Positions 1-12,134 of a stretch of DNA of 64,000 bases are shown here, one piece after another. The notes under the pieces were generated by a model. That model was not told where the DNA came from and made no database searches. It saw nothing but the letters and a program-made list of their open reading frames with translations. Source of the stretch: Callorhinchus milii (Eukaryota); contig NW_024704750.1 of NCBI RefSeq assembly GCF_018977255.1, positions 12,648,001-12,712,000 of the forward strand, in the 5' to 3' direction. Within the stretch, counting starts at the first letter, position 1. Every line of letters starts with the position of its first letter. A program made the position numbers and the translations under genes.

Positions 1-1418
1 TAAGATCAGTCTACATTTGGTTGTTCAGAATACCCTGTTCTGTCCAGATACAAAATTCACCGAGAAAGCATTAGTTGAAGGCACTGGAGTCAAACATGCA
101 GTTTAAATTTTGAAATTTCAAAAGTATTGAATATGTTTGCCAGCATATCCAAGTAATCCCTATTGAATACTTCAGAGATTTTTAAATTGAAATCGCATAT
201 TAGAACCTAGTATATGCATCTCGTGGCCTGCAACAAAACTCTATCTTTATCAAAAAGGTGTTTTGGAAAAAAATCTACGTTTCATTTTCACCTGGGCTGT
301 AATTTGGAATGAAAAGTCCATTTCTTTAGTGATGTGCCTAATATAAAAGTATCGGCCTCTCTATCTTTTGTGGAGTTCAGTGGGCATGTTTGTGGAGTAT
401 ATTAAGCAGTCTGCACACCATTTGTTGTTGAATTTACAGCAGAAGGACTGAATTTGCATAGCTTATTGATTTTTTGAGACGAGTTTTGAAGACTGATTCA
501 CACTATCATTATTTTCATCAGTGAATTGTGAATATAGGGTAATAGAAACAGCTTTCCCGATCACACACCACATTTGTTAGGAAAATAGCTGCACACCAGT
601 TCCTAAAGACTGCATTTTGTGATGTTTTCTTTAAAAAAAAGCCTAACGAGTTAATGTGGGATATAACTCTGGAGGGCAGAATACTGGACATCCTTTGTGC
701 ATTTGAATGATAGCTTCATCCATTTTTATCATAAACAACACCTGGAGAGAATTTGAATGAATAATTTGGTTTAAACCTGATGAAATGTCACTTAAGGCAG
801 CTTGTAACAGGAATTTCTTTGTAATTTTATATCAATTTGTACATTTGCACTGACCTGTAGACACAGAAGACAAATATTCATACTCAGCACTATATAGTTA
901 ATGGCACATAACCATATTGTACTGCTGCATGTCTGAACTGGTGATTTCTAAAATGTTGTCAAATTTGTAAGTAGGTTAAATGAGATGTTTCATGTTTAAA
1001 AGGAGATGACATAAAAAAAACTTGAAGATGCTGAACGGTTTTAACATTCATAATACTGATTTTGTCAAATTTCCGATTTGATCACGTGTGAATACCTGAG
1101 CAGCCAACGCGCAGGCGCACACACGCATCTTCTTAATTAAAATTCCAAATCAAATTAAACATATCTGGCTTCAACCTTCAAAGTAAAACAGCACCTAAAG
1201 GGCAGATTGAGTCGAACTGCTGGAGCAATCTTGTTCTGCTTCAGAAGGCATAACTGTTGATTGGTGTGTTATTTATGTTGCAGGAATGAACAACACAAAT
1301 AGAAAACTGTCTTGGTAATCCCACATCTGAAGGCATTATTTGGTTTAAAATCTGTTTAAAAAAAACTTAGCGTAACTGTGTGTGGATTCTAACTAATCTT
1401 GCATTAAAATCTACTACT

Positions 1419-1735
1419 GTCCTATAGCTCAGTGGTTAGAGCACTCGCTTTGCAAGTGAGAGACCTGAGTTCAATTCCAGGCAGAGGGCGAAACCTTGGG
1501 CAAGTTTCCTTACTCCACACAGAGCCTAATAATAATCCCCCCAAAACAAAACAATAATAAATTGGTCAGTTTCAATCTATGACTGTTTGTGGGACATTGC
1601 TGTGCGCAATTGGCTGCCGCGTTCGCCCACAAATATACAGTCAATTCACTTTACAGTGTGTTCTGTGAAGCGCTTTGGGACGTCCTCCCGACGTGAAAAG
1701 CGCTATATCAAATGCAAGGATTATTATTATTATTA
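1419..1735 (+). mobile_element. Near full-length young tRNA-derived SINE, short subfamily, with L2-type tail
   Basis: tRNA-like head: A box tagctcagtgg, anticodon arm CTCGC-tttgcaa-GTGAG, B box gagttcaattcc. Carries the motif gtttgtgggacattgctgtgcgcaattggctgccgcg, the tail gggacgtcctcccgacgtgaaaagcgctatatc and a (TTA)n end. Highly similar to 14981-15302. Confidence 0.92.
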
Positions 1736-2050
1736 CTCCCACATCTTTTGTATTAGGTTAGATTTTACAGAAAAGAGTGCCAGTGGTAATTAACATTTTT
1801 TGTTAAGCATTTAACTATAACAAAGTAGGAAGACCTTGAAAATCAGACTCACCCTCTAAGGATATTAATTTTCTTTAATATTCATTAAAGTTACTTGGAC
1901 CTACAGATTTTAACCTCCCACCCAAGAGGTTATTGCACTTGCCTGAGTGCCTTCTCTGACATTATACAGATTTAAAGGCTTCCTGCTTTGTGAGTCTATG
2001 AGGTTGAAGATAAACTGATTACATGTTATACAGTCAAAATACATTAATCC

Positions 2051-2094
2051 TAATAATAATCATCTTTGGATTTGATATAGTGCCCTATCACATG
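2051..2094 (-). mobile_element. SINE 3' tail fragment
   Basis: taataataat...gatttgatatagtgccctatcacat is the reverse complement of the SINE tail seen in other copies. Confidence 0.6.
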
Positions 2095-2490
2095 GATGGG
2101 AGATGTGAAATCCAATCTACATGCTTAAGAGTATCCAGAACAGACTGACTGAGAGTCCCACATTTGGATGCCATCTGGCACATAATGTGCACTCTCTCCC
2201 TGGATGGACCCACTCTGTTTACATAATTCCAGAGAGTGTTTTTGCTCATTCCAGCCTTAGCTTGCAGGGTTAACAGGAAGTGAGTGGGAAGAATCCCTGC
2301 TCCCAATGACTGGTCTGCCTCTTTAAATCCTGCTGATGGGCTGGTCTGTCAAGTAGATCATTTTGGAGCCAGATCAGCTACAAGGAGACCATGTTTATCT
2401 CTCTCCCCCCACCACCCACTCCAAGAATGCTATCTTTAACCCACTCAACTAAACAATCCAATAGTTCTGGATTATTTAGTTGTGTGGCTG
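2095..2490 (-). repeat. Unclassified interspersed repeat, copy A (internally deleted)
   Basis: Its reverse complement shares several collinear blocks with 52725-53355, for example ggtctccttg.agctga.ct.gct.caa, cagaccagtca.tggg.gcaggga and ctgttaaccctgcaagc. Confidence 0.75.
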
Positions 2491-2496
2491 GCTCAA

Positions 2497-4475
2497 TTCC
2501 AACTTAATGGTCCAACGGCAGATCTGGCTGCATCTCATCAAAACTTATTGCTCTGCCCTCGCCTCTGCTAAATTGTCCTTCTACTCAAAGACAATCTTGG
2601 AGGCCAAGGACAACTCCAGGTTCTTCTTCTCCATCGCCAACCAGCTCCTCCGCCCACCCTCTCATGCCTCGCCCATCCTCTCCTCCAATGCCAAGTGTAA
2701 GGCGATGCTGGACTTCCTCGAAACCAAAGTCGAGGGGATCCATTCAGCTGCCTCTGACCTTCTATCTACTCCCCCCTCCCCATCTCCCCCTCCCACCACA
2801 GCCCCTACCCATCCTTCCCTTCACACCTTCGAACTTGTCTCTCACTCCTCTCTCACCACCACTACAACCCGCATGAAACTGACCACATGCTTCCTCGACC
2901 CCATCTCTAGCCCTCTCTTTATCTCCCAGCTTCACTTACTTGCCCCTCTACTCACAGACATCATAAACCTCTCCCTGCCCACTGGCGCTATTCCCACAGC
3001 TTTAAAAATGGCTGTCTGTCATCACCCCTATCCTTAAAAAACCCTCTCTGGACCCATCCCTGTTCTCATACTGCTGTCCCATCTCCAACCTTTGTTTCCA
3101 AGGTCCTGGAAGAAGTCGTTGCTTCACTACTTCCTCTCCCACCACTCTTCACGAGCCCCTCCAATTAGGTTTCCATGCCGCCCACAGCACAGAAACAGCT
3201 TTGGTCAAAACGACAAATGACATTTTGTGCATCTCCAACCAGGGCTCCCTCTGCTTCCTCGTCCTCCTTGACTTCTCCACTGTCTTCAATTACGTTAACC
3301 ACTCTATACTTCTCCACCGCCTCTCCTCTCACCTCAACCTGCAGGGTTCTGTCCTTGAATGGTTCCTATCCTATCTTTCACACCGTCTCCACTTCATCTC
3401 CACAAACGGTTTCTCCTCTAACCCCTGCACCGTCTTGTGCGGCTTTCCTCAGGGCTCTGTCCTCAGTCCCCTCCTTCAATATCTATATGCTCCCTCTTGG
3501 TGACATCATCCGCAAATATGGGGTCAACTTCCACATGTAGGCGGATGACACCCAACTCTATCTCTCTGCCTCAACCCTCGACTCCAGGGCCACTGCTGTC
3601 CTGACAGATTGTCTGTCACACATCAATTCCTGGATGAGAGCTAAGTTTCTTCAGTTGAACGTCAACAAGACTGAGGTTCTCCTGATTGGCTCCCGTCAGC
3701 GCCTCCACACCTCAGGCACTGACAGCATCACCATCCAAGGATGCACAGTTCACCTCACTGAGCCAGTCCAGAACCTTGGCATCTTTTTTGACCCTCAACT
3801 ATCCTTTCTACCCCACATCCGTGCCGTGACCCGCTCTGCTTTCCCCCACCTCCGCAACATTGTCTCACACTGCTGAAATCCTCTTATGTGCATTCATAAC
3901 ATCCAGGCTTGACTATGCAAACTCCCTGCTTGCTGGCTTCCCCTCCATAGGCTGCAGATTATCCAGAACACTGCAGCCCGTGTCCTCTCCTGCACCAGGC
4001 TCCGCGACCCTATCACCCCCATCCTCGTCCAACTCCTCTGGCTTCCCATCACACAGAGTATTACAGTTCAAGATCCTGGTCTTCACGTCCAAAGACTTCC
4101 ATGGCCTTACTCCCCCTTACCTTTGTGACCTCCTAAGCCCCTACCAACCTGTCCACTCCTTCTACTCAGCAGGCTTTGGCCTGCTTCACGTACCCCACCT
4201 CGTCCACCCTTGTCGGGCGGGCCTTCAGCCACTCTGCCCCCACCCTCTGGAACTCCATCCTGCAGTCCCTCCGCCTTGCCCCTGCCCTTGCCTCCAAGAC
4301 CTGTCTCAAGACCCTCCTCTTCGAGTGTACCTTCGGACTCCCTCCTCTGCCCCCCACCCTCCCCGATCCCAATCCCTAGCTCAGGTCTGAAACACTGATT
4401 GTCCATTCCCTTGGCACATCCTCCCGCCGTGAAAGGAGCTATACAATTGTATACAAATGTAATTTTGTTGTTGTT
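2497..4475 (+). mobile_element. 5'-truncated, degenerate L2-clade LINE (ORF2 reverse transcriptase region and 3' UTR)
   Basis: Frameshifted RT motifs LVLLDFSTVFNYVNHSILLHRL, GFPQGSVLSPLL, HM*ADDTQLY (YADD Tyr mutated to TAG at 3538-3540), FLQLNVNKTEVLLIG, NLGIFFDPQLSF, AFITSRLDYANSLLAG and RAFSHSAPTLWNS. C-rich composition, ending aaatgtaattttgttgttgtt. Confidence 0.93.
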
Positions 4476-5871
4476 CTCCCAGAAATGAATATGTCTAAAA
4501 ATTAGATTAACAATTAAAAAAATTCAATTGGCTAACCTGACAGTAGAAGCCGGAGAGGATATATTTATAAAAGCAATTCAACTGAGCTATAGGCTATGGG
4601 AACTTCCAGTAGACTGCAAAAGAACTTTGATGTAATCAATCCTCTGCCTCTCATCTTTCTTCATTTCTAAAACTGCATCTTGGTCAACAATTCATCATTC
4701 TTCCTGAACCTGTGTTGGATATTTGCAGCTTTTTCATGACTTTGTTTTCTAGGCACAATAGTTTGTTTCTTTTTATATGTGTTGTGTATATATTAATTAT
4801 GAAAAGAAAAATACTCCATGTTAAATAAAAAATAAACACGATCTGTTATAAATATATTACTTTGCTGTGGTTTTGGCCCTCAGGCAGGTTGCTTAGACTA
4901 AAACTTGTGATCTGCCCTCAATCCCAAACAATGCACAGTGGAGTCATTTATTAAACTGAGCTGTTCCTGTGGGGTTTGAGGGATTTTCTATTAGTAGAAT
5001 GATATAAAAAATAAATCACTCCTTATTAACTGGTATTTAGAATGTGTATCAAATATTCAGCAACCTCATAAGAAATTACAGGAATATGTTTTGCCCCGAT
5101 CTTACTGTCATGAATGCTCCACCGCGATTGTGTCCATACGAATAGCTGTGGTTGTTTTTGAGGAAAGGGCACAACAGTAAAACAGAAGGTGGAATATGTT
5201 AGAAATAATAACAACCAGCCTTTAAAATGTATTTCAAGACTTATAATCTTGGCATTCAAATAGCTTTAGAATCTGCTTGATCATGCACCAGTCTCCCAAT
5301 ACACTGCAAGGCAGCTGCACGTATCATTGTGTTTCTTACTGGTTAAGTATAGTTGTTTTCATGCACAGATAATTTAGCACTTTTTATCATTGATTGCTAA
5401 TCCATTTAAATGGAAATGCCTGTTTCCATTTCATATCATCTTGACAAGTAACACTTGCATCAAAATGGTGTACACTTGTATTTTACCTTCCACTCTACAT
5501 ATCTTTGTTTGTACCCGTGCTTCACGCTAAACTAAGACTAATCTGAATAAAATTGCAATAATTTTACGTGTTTTAGGAGACCCAATTATGTTTTACTAAT
5601 GTGGGTGTTTTAATTCAAATGTTAACCAAGTTTACAAGACTTATTCTCACCTCATTCTATGTAATTCTACAGTCTTCGCAGACCTTTAAATGAGAGTAAG
5701 ACATAAATCACAATATTCTAAAGGCAAGAATACAGAACAAAATTTTCCCTGAAGAATATTGGGTTGGTGGGGTTGTCTCTTGTTCCATGTTTTTAGTAAT
5801 GATGAAAAAAAACACTCAATATCAATTCGTCTAGTACTTCTACTTCTTTCTGCACTGTTCGCTGTGTGCAT

Positions 5872-5938
5872 AGCGAATCTTTCATTGTGCACTTATAATA
5901 GGTAATTCCATTCTTAAGTGCACATCGAAAGATTCGCT
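5872..5938. repeat. Inverted repeat with 24-bp arms (2 mismatches) and a 19-nt spacer, inside a larger degenerate palindromic element (~5830-6025)
   Basis: agcgaatctttcattgtgcactta (5872-5895) pairs with taagtgcacatcgaaagattcgct (5915-5938). Confidence 0.85.
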
Positions 5939-6042
5939 GCACGTAGCAAGCTGCGGACTAATAGGAAATCCCATCATAGCACATTGCAAGATTTGGTGTT
6001 TGTAGCAAACGGAATAGAGTACACCCTATACATTAGCAGGAT

Positions 6043-6077
6043 TGTGAATGTGTTACTAGGTTGGTAACACATTCACA
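6043..6077. repeat. Perfect 14-bp inverted repeat with 7-nt loop
   Basis: tgtgaatgtgttac - taggttg - gtaacacattcaca. Confidence 0.85.
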
Positions 6078-7804
6078 TTCAACATGCAACAATTCTTACC
6101 TTTGGGATAGTACTGTTCAATTGGCATGTACATTTCTCATTCTGGGATGAGGAAGACTACTGGGTAAAATCAGATAGAATTTCTGATTTGCAAACATTTC
6201 AAAAACCTTGATTGGAAGATTTGAACTGGAATATTTCCTTGAATAAAAAGTATTAAAATCAAATTAAATTATGGTAATGGTTTGGGAAGAACTATAGCTA
6301 CATTTTAATTGTCAATGTATACATCCTTAAATATAATCTTTACTCATAGTGTACTCATTATTTTCATTTAATCACAAAGGATTTAACTGATTTGTTGTTT
6401 TTGAGGCGTTTTCTTTCTGGAAAATATTTTTAAGGATTGTTGAAGTTTTATTATTTTCTTCATAACTCTTTGTAAAGCAAAGGCATTGTAATTGTAACCT
6501 TAACGTATTTCAACCAGAGAGAATTATCTAATTCATGTTATATTTTAGTTGCGTTCATTATTCAAATTGAACATTATTCAAATTGATATTAAATCTTTCT
6601 TCCATACCAGTGTGTCTTTTCATAGAATAGTTGACAATTTTATTTACCTCTATTGTTTTCCCTGCCAACTGTATTGTAATTGCTTTCTTGATGCATTGTT
6701 CTCAAGCTTGGCTTCACTTTTATGTCTTTTAAAATTTAAAGAATTGGTCAATACATTAGTAGCAGGTAACTGAACCCAATCAGTATAATGCTGTCACGTC
6801 TAATTGTGGTGAGAGTACGCTTTGAAAAGTTATGATATCTCATTTAACTGAACTGAAGCTTTAATAGCGTGGTTTTATACCTTACTGGAGAGCCTATACA
6901 TAACCAATAAGTGCCCTTATTTTTCAGCAAGATTTAGATCAGATGCTGCAGATATAATATGATGGGATGTTGTCTTGTTCTACACAATGGCATAGATTTT
7001 CTTGAGGAAACACACACTACTGGCTACCACCAGAGGTAAACCGGCTTTTCTGCTTGTGTTAATTAGTTTCTCCAAAGTGATAGAATATAGTAATTTAGGG
7101 TGGCAAGAAAATTATTCATCTGTCTCACAATTTTCCAATTGTTTCAATGCCATTAAAGATAAGGGTACATCAAGGTTATTTCTAGCTTTGTGATCTTTGG
7201 TAGGATAGGAATCCAACTATGTTCTATATTCAAAGGGGGAGAGGAAATATCTCAAATCAATCTTCTTTGTTAGAACCTCTCACCTATGGAGTGGGCTTCG
7301 TTCCTGTTTCTACTGGAGATTCATCAGGTCAAGCAAACTATCACTTGTGGAAAGTAAACCAAGTACTGGGTTGGTAGATCTATCTTTGACAGGAAGCCAT
7401 TTCAAAAATATCCAAACTGGGCAATTTATATTATACATTTTAAAAATATATTGTATAAAATAAACATGGTATTTGTAAAGTTGCCCTAATGATGCATTGC
7501 GGATGTCTGTGAGCTTTACGTACGTAATTCAAAGGTCTAAATTGTTATTGTCACTAATATTAATCTGAGGGCTATATATTGCCCAAAATCTCATATTAAC
7601 GTGCTACTACATGAAACTGGAGTTATGCTAATTAATGTTCCAGTTGTTTAATTTGAAATTGATTAGCCATAAATGAGGATCTAACATGCCCCAAATAACT
7701 AGAGGGCTATGAAGCATTACTCCACTTCTATGCAGAGTATGAAGCATTTCATACAATGTTTCATTGTGTTACCCTTGTCTTTTGGAAGCTGTACAGAATC
7801 CAGA

Positions 7805-7992
7805 AATAATAATAATAAACCTTGCATTTGATATTAGCGCCTTATCACGTCGTTGAGACGTTTCAAAGCGCTTCACAGAATATACTGTAAAGTGAATTGA
7901 CCAAATATTTTGTGGGCAAAACAGCCAATTGCGACAGCAGTGTCCCATAAACAGTCGTGGATTGAGTGTCCGAATTATTACTATTATTTGTT
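7805..7992 (-). mobile_element. 5'-truncated tRNA-SINE copy
   Basis: Starts (AAT)n ccttgcatttgatat..., includes cagccaattgcg...cagtgtcccataaacagtcg, reverse complement of the SINE 3' half. Confidence 0.88.
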
Positions 7993-9414
7993 TTCCCTAA
8001 AGGATCTTCCTAAAGCAGCATATAGCTTTTTTTAAATCTAGAAATTGAACATACCATTGTCTATTTTTCAAAAACAATTTCATCATTTGTTTTTGTTTGT
8101 AATGGTACGATCAGCTCTGTTTATGGAGATTCATAAATAGACTAAAACAAGGAAGCACCTCAAACATGAACGTTGTAGTATATCCTCAGTTTCAAGTTGC
8201 TGCATCTGTCTGAAGTCGAGTTTCACTTTGCATTATGCATCTCAGCGAAACTCAAGTTTTTTCACTTTACAAAGCAAGCACATTTTGCATTTGGATTGCA
8301 AATCAGGATGAAGAAGCAATACTGGTTTGACGTTGCCCTTTAAAGAGAAAAGCTTTGATCGCTTCTTTTGATGTATTTGTCCAATTTGATCAGATTCAAA
8401 AGTGGTGTTATTTCCCCTCGTACAAAGCTGCTTAGTGTTATTGGGGCAGATTTCTTTTTTTCATATGCTGATATATGAAATGAAGTTACTGTAATGTGAT
8501 CTTGTTAATTAGTGTAAATTAATGGCATGATTTCCATTGATATCCTTCCCTTCTATCTCAGAATAATTATTAATTATTTTACATTGTTTATATGAGACAG
8601 TAAAGCAAAACTCGACTGAATATTAATGTTGCTTAAATCCAAGAGATGGGAGGAGTGTGAAATTATTTCATCTAGCATTTTGGTGCAGTCAGTCAATAAT
8701 TTTGCTCCATTTCTCCAGTCTACATTTGTCCCCTTAAGATGCTTGATAATTCAATGTACTTTAACAGCTTGTTGGAAGATGTTTCAATATTTTTTGAAAA
8801 TGGAGCTTTTAGAGCATTGTAGTGATTCATCTAGGACCTCAGATCAGGAAAAAAAAGTGTTCAATTGCTGGAGCTGGAGCTAAAGTCATTTAATTACACC
8901 TCACGTTAAGCCATTCCAGCAGCAACTGAGTATTTGAGAAGAGTTTTTCAAATACTATTGTTTGCTTCCATATACACAGTCATTTTCAAACTTTGAGGTA
9001 AATCCCGTGAAGCACTTTGAGATGTTTTTTTAAAATACATATCACACCTTTTTAAACCCCAAATATCTTACATCTACTGCTGTTTATTCAAACTCCATTT
9101 GGTTGGCAAAATGCATTGATTTATCACTCCAGTAATATCTGGTGTGCAACAATGTCGATTTGTACCTACAGGCCATCTGATGGAGAGCTAAGGTGTTTAA
9201 CATACTGAGAGAAAGATGAAATTTGAGTAAACATTGAGCACGTCCCTACATCTCCTAGTGAGCAAATATCTAATATAAAATTCTACAATATACCTCACCA
9301 CAAAACAAATCAGTCATTCTGCTGTATCTTACCCTGCATGTACTGACAGAAAGGAAAAGCTCAGCATTCTGCTGATGGTAACACAGTGCAGTTGCATTAG
9401 AAGTAAAGGGTATT

Positions 9415-9480
9415 CTAGTTGGATGAAATCAAATGGCCCAAAGGATCTTTTCATCTAAACTGGTCTTGTGATCTTGTAAT
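9415..9480 (+). mobile_element. CR1-like LINE 3' terminal fragment
   Basis: ggatgaaatcaaatggcccaaaggatcttttcatc...ttgtgatcttgt resembles 28468-28525 and the reverse complement of 38822-38890. Confidence 0.5.
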
Positions 9481-9783
9481 TTCATGACTAGAACCATGTT
9501 GATGTATAAGCGATTGAAATGCCTTTTCTCCAAAATTGATAATAATAAAATAGTCCTTGATAAATTTCTCCTTGAACACCATCATCTTGAAATTGCACAG
9601 AACAAAAATCCATGCTATTACTTGGGATTCTTAATGTCTTGTAGTGTACAATTTTAACATCTTAAAAAAAGGTCACAAGTATTCACTGTTTTCCCTTACA
9701 TAGCAGAAAAAGTATCTCCTTTTGTTGCTATATGGACCAGTGAGGCACAAAATTAAACTGTCTTTAGTAAATATCTGAGGAAC

Positions 9784-9833
9784 TTTGAATTGTTCTGATT
9801 CGTTGAAAGTTTGAATTGTTCTGATTTATTGAG
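9784..9833. repeat. 26-bp tandem duplication
   Basis: tttgaattgttctgattcgttga followed 26 bp later by tttgaattgttctgatttattga. Confidence 0.8.
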
Positions 9834-10971
9834 ACATAGATTCTGTAATTTAATCATGCTTGATCTCTTGATATTATTTCAGTCAAGTTCATTATTAGGA
9901 TATTTTGATGTAAAATGTGCCAGTGGTTTTAAATCATTGAAGCCTCATACTGTGTGTTTCTGTATCTGAACATCCCTGAGAACCTACAGGTGACAGTTTT
10001 AACAGTGCAGCAACATACTTCATGGAACTCCACTTATACCTAAATGTTCAATCAACAAACAAATGTATCCAGAGAGTTTGACAGTATATATTTGTCTGTC
10101 ACACATTCTTTTGAAAATGTTAGCTTCATACACAAGCAAAAAAAGATACATTAGTTCCAAAGTGGTATTTTAGTTTAAATAATTGTAGAAAAGAATCTTA
10201 TACAAGGCAATGATTTAACTGTACTGTAATATATTGGCTTTGGCACCATTCAGTTTTGGTACTTTGACTGCCTTTTGCTAAGGTGATACATTTATTCAAC
10301 CTGTTCTCTGTAAAGCTACTTTAACAATGCAGTATTTAGATTATTTTGCAGTTCTGGGGTATAGTTTATATGCAGAATATAAAAATTACTATCATATTTC
10401 TCAGCTGTAGTGAAAACTATTTTGGCTTCAGGACTTTTTGCAGATTTAATTTTCAGATGGAATCAGTCATAGCAGTTATTTTCGTAAAACTACTTATAGG
10501 AGAAACATTTACTGTTAATGTTTCTTTGCTCAAATAGTTGCTGGATTCTGCTTCTTACTGCAATTCACTTTGCTGTATCAGTCACCTTGAATTTGCTTTG
10601 AGAATTGTTTGCTGAATGATGTTCCAATCCATTATATTCTTCAGACAAGTGCATCGACCACAGAAAGCAAATTTCAGAGCACAATCAAAACTCAAAGGAA
10701 TCATTTAATGTGCTTTATATTTGCTTGAACACACTGCATGTGTTTTTTTTTTGGGAGGGTGGGGTGGGGCAGCCGCTTAGGTAAGGTTAAAACAAAATTC
10801 AGTTGCTTGTCCTTCAGTGTTGTTGTGAGCAATGCATTACACCAGAACTGAACAGGTATATTTAACTCATTTTATGTATCTGTTGTTTCATCTTTTCAGT
10901 AAAAAGGCATCTCTAAAATAATAGTTACTAGGCTGTCCGCCAACTTGTTATATTTCACTCAATGGTTGACT

Positions 10972-11022
10972 GAACCTTCTGACTCAGAGGCAAAAATTGC
11001 TACCATTGAACCAGGCTGACAC
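10972..11022 (-). mobile_element. Old DeuSINE head fragment
   Basis: aaccttctgactcagaggcaaaaattgctaccattgaaccaggctgacac matches the heads at 15880-15928, 19076-19130 and 43625-43676. Confidence 0.65.
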
Positions 11023-12085
11023 AATTCTTGGACCATTATGACTACCAACAGGGGCCAATCTTACTGTTGATGGTGGATCATTTGATAGAGATACAGCCTT
11101 TGTTTCTTAAAGTGCAATGAACAGAAAGTGGCAGTGGCATTTATTATTCTTTCTGATTGGAGGAGGTTCTTCCATGAAAGTAAGGTTGTTGGTGCTGTTT
11201 TCCAGCTTAATTGATTGACTATTTAGAGCATAATTGCCAAAAAATGCAAGATTAAATGCAATTTGATCTTAACCCATTTTCCAATGTTCTTCCAGCAATA
11301 TTTTTTACACCGCAGACCCCATTTCTGCCATTAGATGTGTATAATTTACTTAATTGATGCAATAAAATAGATCATTTTTCAGAGTGTCAAAAGCATCTAG
11401 TAACACTTAATGAACATTGCCCTAACTTCTTTGGCACAGCATGAGTAGAATGTTGCTTGTCCAAGGGTTAGACTTCAACTGGTCTTGCTGTAATCCCATT
11501 TACATATTCTCTTAATGTGTCTGTAACATTATTCATAGCCCTGCTTCATTTCACCTATCTGTTTGAAAGCAATGGGAGTGGTAAAATTCCACAATACATC
11601 TCAATCCAAAATTTAAGTGGCGCTGAAGGCAAAAATATGTTTTTTAAGATGACTAACTCCACACACAAGAAACAACCTATTTTGGGTTTGCTTATCTTAA
11701 TCTTCCAGAATGTGGAACATTGCATTTGCATCAATAAAGACCCTGCTCATTCGTGATGTTGGAACAGAAATATTGACAATATTTTTTGACAATCCAATAT
11801 ACTCCAACATTGACATACACACTGCTGCACAGGTGCAGACAGTTAGATCACAAGTTAGCAACAACCTATTGTATAATATAAACCAGGACAAGGATCATTA
11901 GTTAGATTACTTGTGATCTAACCACTGCCCAAAGTGCAAAGCTTTCAAATATTACAAAAACAGGTTTCTTATATTGATGCTCAACCATTGTTGCTGAAGC
12001 AGAGAGGAGCTATTCTGTATCTGCATCAGGTCCCATTGGATGGTGGACAAGTAACGTATGTTCTACAAGGGGTGACTTTTGAGCT

Positions 12086-12134
12086 CCTCCCGATGTGAAA
12101 GACACAGTACAAATGTAATTTTCTTGTTGTTATT
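12086..12134 (+). mobile_element. Ultra-short L2 3' tail
   Basis: tcctcccgatgtgaaagacacagtacaaatgtaattttcttgttgtt matches the L2 ends at 4418-4475 and 34826-34876. Confidence 0.75.

Noticed and set aside
1419-1490. tRNA-Ala(TGC)-like gene (also 14981-15055)
   Set aside because: No paired acceptor stem or T-run terminator. It continues directly into the SINE body and recurs as the SINE head.
2197-2215. tccctggatgga (SLDG) as the preceding NPAS3 exon
   Set aside because: No AG acceptor directly upstream, the translation does not continue as FVF..., and it lies inside a repeat.
2480-4406. Cluster of longer ORFs as host genes
   Set aside because: These are frameshifted pieces or off-frame/antisense readings of a dead L2 ORF2. 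The catalytic YADD codon is a stop.
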